Source: an uncultured Bacilli bacterium | GTDB taxonomy: Bacteria > Bacillota_I > Bacilli_A > RFN20 > CAG-631 | Length of the DNA stretch: 64,000 nt | Reading direction: 5' to 3' | Assembly: GCA_947599835.1 (NCBI GenBank) | Contig: CANQFQ010000003.1 | Coordinates: 68,072-132,071 of the forward strand | Made by a program: the position numbers and the translations under genes | The notes under the pieces: generated by a model | Databases searched by the model: none | The model's input: the letters and a program-made list of their open reading frames with translations, nothing else | Told to the model about the DNA's origin: nothing | Shown here: positions 8,463 through 18,677 of the stretch, one piece after another | Position numbering within the stretch: the stretch's first letter is position 1 | Layout of the letters: every line of letters begins with the position of its first letter

Positions 8463-9821
8463 TTAATTTAAATCTGTTGAAATAATTTCTTTAGCATAGG
8501 ACTTAAAAGCTTCAGAAATCGAAAGATTAGTTATTTTTTGGTAATTGATTTCGAATTGATCATCGATAACATCATCATACAAACCATTATCTTGCAGATA
8601 AAGCAAAGACAATTCTGTTTGTTTCACTTTATCCAATAAACTTTCCGAATTTTCAACACAAACGACGAGACATTGATATCCTAAATCAACTAAATTTTGA
8701 CTTTGATTATTAGAAAAAGCTCGAATATATCGAAGAGAATTGATTGGATATCCTGTTAAAGCATCATAAACGGCATGCCGACGTACATTTTGATCTTCAA
8801 TAATAATTTGATATTTCGAATGATCATCTAAGCTACTATAATAATTAGAAAAAGTAAAATAGCGAACAGCTCCATAATATCTTACAGAACCAAGATTGTA
8901 TTTTTGATAAGTATCTTCTTTACTTGTTTTAGCAAAAATATTGATGCCAATGTCTACATAATGTTCATCTAACCAATAATCTTGCAAATGAAGATAGCAT
9001 CCACTTTGGGATGTCAAGTATCCTTTTGTGAAGTCATGATCTAATAAATAATTCGCAATGGCATCGATCGTGTATGCATCCTTTAATTGATTAAAATCTA
9101 ATTGAATTAATAATTGATTTTGATAATAAAGTAAACTTTCTGAAAGATCCACGATAAACGTAACATAATATTGATTCGTTGTTGTATTTGCATCAAATAA
9201 TAAATCAAACTTTCTTTCAGTATTACTTTCATTATCCAAAGAAAGGGCTTTTAGAATCGCATCCAACAAATCTTTTTGCGACGAAACGTTATAAGGATCG
9301 TTTTGAATAGTAGAATTTTTCCAAAATTGAGCCAATCTACCGGAAAAAATGCTATAATGTCCCAAACTATCCTTGGTTTTTTGATAAGCATCTTTTAACA
9401 TTACCCATAATTCTTTTGAAATCTCTATTTCTTGATTTGGGTGATGATTAATATAAGCTAAACTAATGATATCATCGTATTCATATGTCACATCTGTCAT
9501 TTCATAAATTCGACCTGCAATTGCATTATAAGCACGGGTAATTCGAGAATAATTTTCATCCACAGAATATTTTTTATCTTTATCTACATAATAATAAAAC
9601 GATATTTCATTATCATAAGGAACAATAACGTCTTGATTAGGTAATGTTAACTCTCCCATTTCAATTTTCGTTAGTCCTGCTTCTCTTTTTAATTGATTCG
9701 AACAGGAAACAATCCCATAAGTAAAACTAATGACCGCAATTAAAGAAAAAACAACAAAAAGAACAATTTTACCGATGATTTTTTTTCTATTCGTATGCAG
9801 CGTAATCGTTTCTTCTTTCAT
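8463..9821 (-). CDS. ApbE-like (FAD:protein FMN transferase fold) membrane-anchored protein with degenerate motifs
   Basis: SLAYINHHPNQEIEISKELWVMLKDA, LDFNQLKDAYTIDAIANYL and RHAVYDALTGYP align with ApbE blocks. N-terminal TM segment. Confidence 0.65.
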   Translation of the reverse strand: MKEETITLHTNRKKIIGKIVLFVVFSLIAVISFTYGIVSCSNQLKREAGLTKIEMGELTLPNQDVIVPYDNEISFYYYVDKDKKYSVDENYSRITRAYNAIAGRIYEMTDVTYEYDDIISLAYINHHPNQEIEISKELWVMLKDAYQKTKDSLGHYSIFSGRLAQFWKNSTIQNDPYNVSSQKDLLDAILKALSLDNESNTERKFDLLFDANTTTNQYYVTFIVDLSESLLYYQNQLLIQLDFNQLKDAYTIDAIANYLLDHDFTKGYLTSQSGCYLHLQDYWLDEHYVDIGINIFAKTSKEDTYQKYNLGSVRYYGAVRYFTFSNYYSSLDDHSKYQIIIEDQNVRRHAVYDALTGYPINSLRYIRAFSNNQSQNLVDLGYQCLVVCVENSESLLDKVKQTELSLLYLQDNGLYDDVIDDQFEINYQKITNLSISEAFKSYAKEIISTDLN

Positions 9822-9856
9822 TTTTTTACTCCAATGTTACGTTCAATTGCAATTCC

Positions 9857-10810
9857 TTATTCTGCATTTCTAATTTTTATATATTCATTAATTTCTCGAT
9901 TGTTACCCAAAATATAATGATCATATCCAATATTGACCAGTTTTGGCTTTTCTTCAGAATAATCATGAATTGATTCATCATAAACATATAATTCTTTATT
10001 GTTTTCTAAAATAGGATCGGGGATTGGAATCGCAGAAATCAAAGATTTCGTATAAGGATGCAATGGATATGCAAACAATTCTTCTGCCGGTGCGATTTCA
10101 ACAATTCTACCTTGATAAATCACTCCAATTCTATCGCTAATAAATTTAACTACCGATAAATCGTGAGCAATAAACAAATAAGTCAAGCCACGTTCAACTT
10201 GGAATTTTTTAAATAAATTTAAAACTTGAGCACGAATCGAAACATCTAATGCTGAGATAGGCTCGTCAGCAATAATCAATTCAGGTTCCATGACAATCGA
10301 TCGAGCAATTCCAATTCTTTGTCTTTGTCCACCTGAAAATTCGTGTGGATATCGAGTTAAATGTTCAGGAAGCAATCCAACATCAGAAAGCGCTTGTTTA
10401 ATTTTTCTGATGCGATCTTTTTCATTTTTATATAAATGAAAGTTATACAACCCTTCACTAATGATATACTCTACGGTTGCTCTTTCATTTAACGAGGCGG
10501 CTGGATCTTGGAAAATCATTTGAATATTCCGGACAACTTCTCGATCTTCTTTATGTGATATTTTTCCAGAAATTCTTTTCCCCTTAAATAAGATTTCCCC
10601 ATGACTTAATGGATTAATGCGCACAATGGCTCTACCAATCGTCGTTTTACCACTACCAGATTCTCCTACTAATGAAAACGTTTCACCTTTATAAATATCA
10701 AAGCTTACATCTTTAACGGCTTTGAAAACACGTTTACCTTTTTGAAATTCGATGTCTATATTGCGTATTGACAAGATGACTTCTTTGTTTGTTGTAGCGG
10801 ACATAGGCAT
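9857..10810 (-). CDS. oppF: Oligopeptide ABC transporter ATPase OppF
   Basis: [25 protein letters not shown]. Confidence 0.95.
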   Translation of the reverse strand: MPMSATTNKEVILSIRNIDIEFQKGKRVFKAVKDVSFDIYKGETFSLVGESGSGKTTIGRAIVRINPLSHGEILFKGKRISGKISHKEDREVVRNIQMIFQDPAASLNERATVEYIISEGLYNFHLYKNEKDRIRKIKQALSDVGLLPEHLTRYPHEFSGGQRQRIGIARSIVMEPELIIADEPISALDVSIRAQVLNLFKKFQVERGLTYLFIAHDLSVVKFISDRIGVIYQGRIVEIAPAEELFAYPLHPYTKSLISAIPIPDPILENNKELYVYDESIHDYSEEKPKLVNIGYDHYILGNNREINEYIKIRNAE

Positions 10811-12974
10811 ATTCCTCCTTATTCAATTGTGTTTGCGCCATTTCTAGCTTTTCATGTATGTTTTCAATTAGAGAAGGTTTGGATACTTTAGGAGCACGAG
10901 GATCTAACAACCATGTTTTTGCAAAATGGGTTTCACTCACATAAAAACATGGAGGTTCAAATTCTAAATCGACAGCCAAACAATAAGGATTTCTTTCAGC
11001 AAACGCATCTCCTTTAATTTTGTTATATAAAGAAGGTGGTGTTCCTTGAATTGAGAACAATTCTTGTCCTTTAACAGCGAGTTGAGGTAATGAAGATAAT
11101 AATGCCCAAGTATATGGATGTTTAGGGTCATAAAAGATTTCATTTACCAATCCGGCTTCTACAATTTGTCCGGCATATAAAACAGCTACACGATCAGCGA
11201 CACTAGCCACAACACCTAAATCGTGTGTAATATAAATGGTTGTGAATTTAAATTCCTTTTGCAAGTCTTTAATCAATTCTATAATTTGTGCTTGTATGGT
11301 AACATCCAAGGCTGTCGTTGGTTCATCACAGATTAAAACTTTAGGTTGGCATGCTAGTGCAATCGCAATAACAATTCTTTGCCGCATGCCTCCTGAATAT
11401 TGAAATGGATATTCTTTAAAACGTTTTTCGGCATCAGGAATACCCACTCTATTCATTAATTCAATTGCCCGTTTTTCTGCTTCTGCCATGCTACAATCTT
11501 GATGTTTAATAATCACTTCAGTAATTTGTTTACCAATCGTAACAATTGGGTTTAATGAGGTCATTGGATCTTGAAATACCATGGCAATTCTTGAACCACG
11601 AATTTTTTGCCATTCTGCATCCGTTTTAATTTTCGTTAAATCAAGAATCGTATAGCCTTTTAAAATACTATTTTCACGCATCACTAATTGTTCATAAGTA
11701 TCTTCTAAGACTTGGCCTATTTGTTCAAATTGATTTTTTTCAAGTAAATTTTGAATCACTACTTGAATAAATTTTTCATTAGCTCCTTTTTGCTTTGCAT
11801 AAGCTTGAATGTCATCATAATACTTTTTATGATGGGCCACTTTTAAAAGTTGATAATTTTTTCTAGATAATTGTTTTTGTGTGTTTGAATCCAATTCAGT
11901 AAAATATTCATTTTCAACGCCTTTAAATAATACTCTAAAAGTAATTAATTCATAAAGTTTTTCTAAAGTCTTATCATCGAATGTCAAATTACGTTTGAAA
12001 GCATTTTGAAAACGATCTTTTAAACTATGCAAATAAAAGAATTGTGTTAAAAAAGAATAACGACGAATGGATAATAAAATTTCTTTAGCAAGTTCTTTAT
12101 TTTTTCTTAAAACGCTTTCTTCTACAACATATTCATCCACAGCTTTTTGATAATCTCTTTGTAATTCTTTAATCGTTTTTTGATATTCTTGAACGACTTC
12201 TTTGTTTTTCTTAACACTTTGTAAGCGTTGCTTTTTAGCTATTTTTTCTTCTTTTTTTATTTGTTTGATTTGATTATCTAAATTTTTGATGAGTTGTGTA
12301 TAATGTTTCTTTTCATTTTCGACAGAAGCGGTTTCCATTTTAACTAAAATGGCTTCTTTTTGTTCCACTAAGGAGGCAATTTCTTGCTCTATTTTTTCTT
12401 TGTCTGATTCTTTCAATAAACGCTTATTCAAATTGTTTATTTGTTTATCTAAGTTATTCACATCTTCTGCATATTGTTGCTTCTTACTTTTATTTACAGC
12501 AACAATTTTTTTGTTATAATATTCTACCCTTTGATAAAGTAGATCATCAATTTTTCTTTTATAATGTTCTAATTCTTCTGCAGTAAGTTGTTTGGATTGT
12601 TCAAATTGTTCTTTTAAAGCTTGTATCTTTAAATAAATTTCTTTTCCTCCAATGTATTTTGCATTTTTATCTAAAAAAGCAACTAACTTACGATATCGAA
12701 TTAAATCAATTTTATTTAATTTAATTTTTAAAGAGGATAATTGATCATCTTGGAAAATAATATTTCCTTGGGTAATCACCCCGTTAGATTCTAACATTCC
12801 AGTAAATGTTTTTGTCAATACGGATTTCCCTGATCCAGATTCACCAACAATAGCAATCGATTCATCTTCATAAATATCAAAAGAAACATCACGAATGGCT
12901 GTCAATTGACGACCACGGACGTTAAATTTTACTTCTAGATTATTAATCGATAATAATACTTTTTCTTTGTTCAT
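10734..12974 (-). CDS. oppD: Oligopeptide ABC transporter ATPase OppD with ~370-aa insertion
   Basis: GESGSGKS near aa 44-51, then [29 protein letters not shown] and HPYT after a long charged insert. Confidence 0.92.
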   Translation of the reverse strand: MNKEKVLLSINNLEVKFNVRGRQLTAIRDVSFDIYEDESIAIVGESGSGKSVLTKTFTGMLESNGVITQGNIIFQDDQLSSLKIKLNKIDLIRYRKLVAFLDKNAKYIGGKEIYLKIQALKEQFEQSKQLTAEELEHYKRKIDDLLYQRVEYYNKKIVAVNKSKKQQYAEDVNNLDKQINNLNKRLLKESDKEKIEQEIASLVEQKEAILVKMETASVENEKKHYTQLIKNLDNQIKQIKKEEKIAKKQRLQSVKKNKEVVQEYQKTIKELQRDYQKAVDEYVVEESVLRKNKELAKEILLSIRRYSFLTQFFYLHSLKDRFQNAFKRNLTFDDKTLEKLYELITFRVLFKGVENEYFTELDSNTQKQLSRKNYQLLKVAHHKKYYDDIQAYAKQKGANEKFIQVVIQNLLEKNQFEQIGQVLEDTYEQLVMRENSILKGYTILDLTKIKTDAEWQKIRGSRIAMVFQDPMTSLNPIVTIGKQITEVIIKHQDCSMAEAEKRAIELMNRVGIPDAEKRFKEYPFQYSGGMRQRIVIAIALACQPKVLICDEPTTALDVTIQAQIIELIKDLQKEFKFTTIYITHDLGVVASVADRVAVLYAGQIVEAGLVNEIFYDPKHPYTWALLSSLPQLAVKGQELFSIQGTPPSLYNKIKGDAFAERNPYCLAVDLEFEPPCFYVSETHFAKTWLLDPRAPKVSKPSLIENIHEKLEMAQTQLNKEEYAYVRYNKQRSHLVNTQYRHRISKR

Positions 12975-12989
12975 ATTCTTTCCCTCCTA

Positions 12990-13985
12990 CTACATATGTG
13001 TTTTAGGGTCAGAAGCATCGGCAAGATTTTGACCTATCAAATATAAACTTACCGTAATTAATGAAGATAAAATTACTGGAATCCAAAACATATGCGGATG
13101 ATTGGTCATATACGTTTGATTATCATTAATTAATTTCCCTAACGAGTTTTTCGAACCCAAACCAATTTGTAAGTAAGACAAGAAAACTTCCGTTGAAATA
13201 TAGGATGGAATTTCACTTGCTGTAATCGTAACAATAACTGAAGTTAAGAAAGGTAAAATATTTTTAGAAACCATTCTAAGAATAGGTGTTCCTAAACATT
13301 TAGAGGCCAAATTATATTCTCTATCACGAATAATAATTACTTGTGTTCGAATAAAATAGGCAATGCCTATCCAACCTGTGACGGTCATGGCGGCTACAAA
13401 GGCCCAGAATCCCGTACCGACAATAGAAACAAAAACTGTAATAAACATTAAAGAAGGAATATTTGAAATAACATTATAAACTTCTTGCATAATCTTATCA
13501 AAAGTTTTGGAATATCCCCAAAGTGCACCGACAATAATTCCTAAAGTCAAATTAATCACTGCACACACAAAAGCTAAAGCAAGGGAGGATTGTGCCCCCG
13601 CCCATAACGCATCAAATAAAGGTTCTCCATAACTACCCGTTCCAAAAACCCAACGTAATTTAAATCCAAACTTTGCAATGGCTTGTTTTGGAGTTAAAAA
13701 ACTGACATCGATTAAACTACCATATTGAATTTCATTATATTGTTGCCAAGATGCACGATCATAATGTGCAAATAGAGGATACACAAAAGATAAAAATAAG
13801 ATAATAACAACTAATCCTAAAATAATATAGTTCACTGGGTTGCTAAAAAAGCTTCTAAATACCGATTTCCAATAAGAATATCTAGGCGCGGTAATTTTTT
13901 CAGAATCCACCGAATTATTATCTACCCGCGTAAATAACTCTAATGGAATATTATCCGATCTTTTTTGAATTTGATTGTTATCCAT
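12990..13985 (-). CDS. oppC: Oligopeptide ABC permease OppC
   Basis: YSYWKSVFR N-terminus, RDREYNLASKCLGT EAA loop, LADASDPK end. Confidence 0.93.
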   Translation of the reverse strand: MDNNQIQKRSDNIPLELFTRVDNNSVDSEKITAPRYSYWKSVFRSFFSNPVNYIILGLVVIILFLSFVYPLFAHYDRASWQQYNEIQYGSLIDVSFLTPKQAIAKFGFKLRWVFGTGSYGEPLFDALWAGAQSSLALAFVCAVINLTLGIIVGALWGYSKTFDKIMQEVYNVISNIPSLMFITVFVSIVGTGFWAFVAAMTVTGWIGIAYFIRTQVIIIRDREYNLASKCLGTPILRMVSKNILPFLTSVIVTITASEIPSYISTEVFLSYLQIGLGSKNSLGKLINDNQTYMTNHPHMFWIPVILSSLITVSLYLIGQNLADASDPKTHM

Positions 13986-15745
13986 TATTTTCGACCTCCT
14001 TTTTCAGCAAATGAAATACGAGGATCGACGATAGCCATCAAAACATCTCCTAAAATTAATGCCGCCATAGACAAAATTGCATAGAAGAAAGTTAAACCAA
14101 TAAGCATACTATTATCGGTCATACTAATGGCATCCGTAAATAATTTACCCACACCAGGAATACCAAATACACGTTCAGTAATTAATGCACCGGTTAAACT
14201 ACCTAAAAATCCTCCAGGAATGTTATGAATAATTGGAATTGCTGCATTTTTAAAGATGTGACGATTAAAAATTTCTAATTCGCTTAAACCTTTAGCACGA
14301 GCAAATTTCACATAGTCACTATTCATTTGGTCAATCATATAACGCCGTATCCATGACATCAATCCACCAATTGATGGCAATGCCAAAGACACAATAGGTA
14401 AAATATAAGCCGTCCAAGCAGGACTATCTCCTATGACTCTTAAATTAATTGGAAGCCCCATATTTTGCCCAAGTCTTCTAAACATATAAATATAAGCAAG
14501 TGAAGGAACAGCCATCATAAAGACGATATAACAAATACCAATTTTATCGGCCAACTTGCCTTTATGTCTTGCCATTAAAATACCAATCGGTACTCCAAAC
14601 AAATAAGCAATCACGGTGGAAATAATACCAATTAAAAAAGAATATCCAATCATTGATTTACCTTGTTTGGCTTCGTTACAACTTGTGTAATATCCATCAT
14701 ACAAAACGACATCACTAGGCTTTTCATCAGCTTTTGGATTTAATTCACAAGAATAAAAATCCATTCTATGTCCTGGCATCGTCGTTCCATTAGGATAAGT
14801 CACATCTTCTTCATATGGTTTTCCTTGAGGATCTGTCATAACTAGCACCGTATCTTTTGAATAGTGATAAGAGCGTCCTAAATTAAATTCTATCCAATTT
14901 TGATGAATAAAAGGAAATTTTCCATCAAAATATAATAAATATTTATTTTTACAGCCTACACATCTTAAAGAAAGAGTTCCTGTAAATGGATCTTTTCCAA
15001 ATGTTAAGGAAGGAGTAAGTTCTATTGGATCTTGTCCATTAGCAATTCTTTCTTTATTGATTTTTTTGTAATAATTTTTTCCATCAAAATAAAATATATT
15101 TTTAAAGAAATCCCACAAACGAACAAATGTAGATTTATTTTTGTAAGCAAATAACTTACCTACACCACCAGCTTTTAACCTGAGTGTTTCAACAACATCG
15201 GGTGTTGGTCCATCCGATACATTGCTTGGAAGTGGGGATTCTATCGTTTCATCATTCGGTTGATATGCATCTTCATATTTATCTTCAGGCATAGGATTAG
15301 CACGTACAATCGTATAACCCGCCTTTTCATATTTTGAAATAAATTCTTGAATTTCAGGAATGTCACTATCTACTAAGTAAGTCCGATCTGCTGCTAAGCA
15401 AGCACTATAACCTAATCTTCCAGAAGTTATTTCACAATATTTTTGCTTACTTTCAAAGACTTGAGCGATGTCAGAACATCGATTAAATTCTTCTGAGTTA
15501 CGTTCATATTTAATTGCACAAAAATTTACATAATCGTAAGTTTCTAAATAACCATATTCTTCCCATATTTGATATTTTAAACGAGTTCTATCGTTATTTT
15601 GAATTGTTGGATGTTCTTCATGACAAATTTTACCTGCTAAAACTTCTCGATCCATCAAGGAATAAATTAGAACAATCGTAAAAATCATAATCGCAATTAA
15701 AGATAATATTGAACGCCCAATACGTTTTAATATATACTTTCCCAT
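13985..15745 (-). CDS. oppB: Oligopeptide ABC permease OppB (AmiC-like) with large Cys-rich extracellular domain
   Basis: KYILKRI start, RRYMIDQMNSDYVKFARAKGLSE, ITERVFGIPGVG, VDPRI. Confidence 0.92.
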   Translation of the reverse strand: MGKYILKRIGRSILSLIAIMIFTIVLIYSLMDREVLAGKICHEEHPTIQNNDRTRLKYQIWEEYGYLETYDYVNFCAIKYERNSEEFNRCSDIAQVFESKQKYCEITSGRLGYSACLAADRTYLVDSDIPEIQEFISKYEKAGYTIVRANPMPEDKYEDAYQPNDETIESPLPSNVSDGPTPDVVETLRLKAGGVGKLFAYKNKSTFVRLWDFFKNIFYFDGKNYYKKINKERIANGQDPIELTPSLTFGKDPFTGTLSLRCVGCKNKYLLYFDGKFPFIHQNWIEFNLGRSYHYSKDTVLVMTDPQGKPYEEDVTYPNGTTMPGHRMDFYSCELNPKADEKPSDVVLYDGYYTSCNEAKQGKSMIGYSFLIGIISTVIAYLFGVPIGILMARHKGKLADKIGICYIVFMMAVPSLAYIYMFRRLGQNMGLPINLRVIGDSPAWTAYILPIVSLALPSIGGLMSWIRRYMIDQMNSDYVKFARAKGLSELEIFNRHIFKNAAIPIIHNIPGGFLGSLTGALITERVFGIPGVGKLFTDAISMTDNSMLIGLTFFYAILSMAALILGDVLMAIVDPRISFAEKGGRK

Positions 15746-15772
15746 TTTCTATATTTCTCCTTCCTTTATAAG

Positions 15773-15813
15773 AGAAAAAAGAGGGCAAGGAAGGTCTATT
15801 CCTTAACCCTCTA
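15773..15813 (-). terminator. Hairpin/terminator between oppA and oppB
   Basis: AGAGGG-cAAGGAA...TTCCTT-aaCCCTCT with a U-tract on the minus strand. Typical of differential expression of the binding protein. Confidence 0.7.
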
Positions 15814-15838
15814 CAACGATATCAATTTAATTTTTAGA

Positions 15839-18055
15839 TTACCATAGACCGAGTGTTTTGGTTAAATAACCATTTCCACCTGGAACTAAAGTTTCTAAGA
15901 ATGTAGCTGGATCTGCATAATCAGGAATCCATCCACTGCCGCAATAGAAATCATAATTTGCAGCTTCGCCTGAGGCAACCATATAGGTTGATGCAAGATA
16001 TTCACTTTCAGTACCTGCTTCAACTGCATTAATTTGAATGCCTTTGGTACCTAATGCTCTTTTAATTGAAGCTTGTAATGATGTTACTTGTTTATCATTA
16101 CCCATGAGATATACGACATCAATTTGAACAGGGAAAGCTTTTTCCATTGCTTCTCTACCGCCAAATTCGTCAGCCCATTCGTCTAATAATTCTTCTTTAG
16201 CTAAATTAAAGTAATATTCAGCAAGTTGTTCTTGATACCAACCATCCACACCATCAGAAAGATCGATTGCTTCAATTAATTGTTTGTCTGTTGGTTGGTT
16301 ATTTTCATCTTTTTCTTTCCAATCCGTATGTTGTTGATTATAAACAGCTAATCTAGCATTTAATTTTTCTTGAACAATTTCACCATAAGAAGTGTGTGCA
16401 GTGTATCCATCATAATCATTAGGAAGTGTTACAAATTCAGGATCGGTAAACATATTTCTTAAACTTGCAGTTCTTAATTCTCTACCTGCCGTAGTTTCAT
16501 TATAATTTGCTTTATTGATTGCATAATAGAATGCTTTTCTAAAATTCTTATTGAGTAAAGCAACTCTTGTTAAATTCTTAGCAATGCCATCTTCAGCTTT
16601 TGGAGATTTAACACTTACTCTTCTTCCTGAATCAAGACTATAGGTTTTACGATTAAAATTGAAGGCTCCAATAAATGTACCTGCTGCAGTATCTTGACGA
16701 TAAATGCAATTTTCATAGCCTTTATTTACTGCTTGTGTATACGTTTCTTCGGTTAAAGAAGCGCCTGCATATTCACCTTCAATAACTTGGTCTAAATAAG
16801 TGGATGCATCTAAATCTGCAGTATAAATTAATTCAACAGAATTAAGTGTAATTGAACTAGCATCCCAATAAGAATTATTTTTGAGATAAGTAATACCACT
16901 CGTTGCGGTAATTTCAGTTAAACGATAAGCGCCATTATATAAAATGCTTGTTGGATCTAAACTACCATAAGTGTAATTTTTTCCACCTTTTGCGTTTCTA
17001 AATTCATCTATTCCAAAAGCCCCACCTTTACTTAAAAAGAAGGAACGATTCAATGGTGCAAAAACTGAAAATGTAAATAAGGAATCTGCATAAGGAAGTT
17101 CTCTATTAAATGAAACTTCAAGGGTATAATTATCAATGGCTTTGATACCTACTTGAGAAAAATCGGTAATTTTCTTGTCTGAATAATCTTGTGCGCCCAC
17201 TAGAATACTATTCATAATATCTTCTGAACCGCCTTTAGCATCTAGTAAGTGTTGCATACCAGCTACAAAGTCATCAGCCACAACTTCTCCTTGATCTTGA
17301 CCAGCACTATTGACCCATCTCACATTTTGTCTTAAATGAATGGTGTAAACTTTTCCTGTTGCATCCACTTCTTTACTCAAAGCAAGTGCAGGAACAATGT
17401 CACCAAAACGATCGTGTTCAAATAAATTATCAACCAAGTTGGTCGTAACATCAGAATCTTGAGCATGCGAAGAAGCAAGATAATCTAATGTTGTAGGCAT
17501 AGAAGAAAATAATGTTGTGTAATCTGTATAGAATGTGGTATAACCCCATTCATCCAATTTTTTCTTTTCGTTTGCTTCAAATTTTTCTTTTGTATTTTCT
17601 GCATTCCAACCTGTTTCAACGGCTGTTTTCCAGTCTTCTTTTAATTCATTCCGTTGTGCCGTTGGTAAGAGTTTGTTATCCTCTGTTTTAATGATTTTAT
17701 AGCCTTTATATTTGCTAGAATCTGAACCATATCTTGCATAAGGTCCTGTGTATGGAAGAACTCTTGATAAGCCCCATCTTCCTCCTTCGGTGTTAAATGG
17801 TAAGATAACCGCTTGATCCAATAAATATGCTTCAGCATCTGCAAATTTGACATATCTTTCAGCATTATCCATTGATTGGTGAGCAGTATTAAACAAAGAA
17901 TTGTAGTCAGGTAAAATTGTTTTGTAAACTTCTGTATCTGTAAATTTCAAATCCTCCATTTTACTTTTATGAGTTCCTTTGTCGCCACCACAACCAGTCA
18001 AACAAACTGCTAAAGCTGCAAAAGCTGACAAAACTAAAAGTTTATTTTTTGCCAT
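15839..18055 (-). CDS. oppA: Oligopeptide-binding lipoprotein OppA (AmiA/AliA-like, circularly permuted)
   Basis: Lipobox LTGC. Family-5 SBP blocks PTTLDYL, NLVDNLFEHD, ADDFVAGMQH, GWIPDYADPATFL. AAGGAGG RBS precedes MAKNK. Confidence 0.9.
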   Translation of the reverse strand: MAKNKLLVLSAFAALAVCLTGCGGDKGTHKSKMEDLKFTDTEVYKTILPDYNSLFNTAHQSMDNAERYVKFADAEAYLLDQAVILPFNTEGGRWGLSRVLPYTGPYARYGSDSSKYKGYKIIKTEDNKLLPTAQRNELKEDWKTAVETGWNAENTKEKFEANEKKKLDEWGYTTFYTDYTTLFSSMPTTLDYLASSHAQDSDVTTNLVDNLFEHDRFGDIVPALALSKEVDATGKVYTIHLRQNVRWVNSAGQDQGEVVADDFVAGMQHLLDAKGGSEDIMNSILVGAQDYSDKKITDFSQVGIKAIDNYTLEVSFNRELPYADSLFTFSVFAPLNRSFFLSKGGAFGIDEFRNAKGGKNYTYGSLDPTSILYNGAYRLTEITATSGITYLKNNSYWDASSITLNSVELIYTADLDASTYLDQVIEGEYAGASLTEETYTQAVNKGYENCIYRQDTAAGTFIGAFNFNRKTYSLDSGRRVSVKSPKAEDGIAKNLTRVALLNKNFRKAFYYAINKANYNETTAGRELRTASLRNMFTDPEFVTLPNDYDGYTAHTSYGEIVQEKLNARLAVYNQQHTDWKEKDENNQPTDKQLIEAIDLSDGVDGWYQEQLAEYYFNLAKEELLDEWADEFGGREAMEKAFPVQIDVVYLMGNDKQVTSLQASIKRALGTKGIQINAVEAGTESEYLASTYMVASGEAANYDFYCGSGWIPDYADPATFLETLVPGGNGYLTKTLGLW

Positions 18056-18129
18056 AAATTTAGCCTCCTTAAAATTAAATTTATTCACGTTAATTTCAAA
18101 GGTTCATCCTCGCGTGAATAGTTTTAAAC

Positions 18130-18158
18130 ATTATATATTTTTTTGACATGATAGTCAA
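18130..18158 (-). promoter_or_regulatory. SigA promoter of the opp operon
   Basis: TTGACT-17 nt-TATAAT on the minus strand. Confidence 0.75.
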
Positions 18159-18222
18159 TATATTTTTTTGTTTCCAAAAACAATGGAAAGAAAAAAAGAG
18201 TCCTTTGATCAACTCTTTTATT

Positions 18223-18627
18223 CTAACGAAAAATTTCATCAATAAAATATTTTTTATTTAAAATATTTTTTTCACTTTCTTTTTCATATAAAATACCTTT
18301 CATGATTAATTGTTTCGTTGATATTTTTCCAAACGTTAATGCCAAATTGTTATCCTTAAATTGAACAAATTCAATACCATTAAAATAAAACCATTCTAAA
18401 TGCATTTTAATTTGTTCTTTGGCTTGACTAAAATTATAAATCGGCAAAGTATTATAAACCTCTAAAATTTGTCTCTTGATTTCATTACATTGGATATAAA
18501 TTTTAGCCTCGCTGATGGTTCCATAAATGCTATATGAAATGTTTTTTTCGTTAGGAATCGTCCCTTTAAGAGGAATAAATCCACCCAAAAATAATGCGGT
18601 CGCTAAAAATGCATTGCTTCTTTTCAC
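18223..18627 (-). CDS. Small secreted protein, possible divergent SpoIIR
   Basis: GGGGTG RBS and GTG start, signal-like N-terminus, segments resembling SpoIIR (IPNEKNI; FSQAKEQIKMHL; KYFIDEIF). Confidence 0.5.
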   Translation of the reverse strand: MKRSNAFLATALFLGGFIPLKGTIPNEKNISYSIYGTISEAKIYIQCNEIKRQILEVYNTLPIYNFSQAKEQIKMHLEWFYFNGIEFVQFKDNNLALTFGKISTKQLIMKGILYEKESEKNILNKKYFIDEIFR

Positions 18628-18677
18628 TGTATCACCCCTATATAAAAAAGTGTGTACGAGTAAAAAGAAATTAAACA

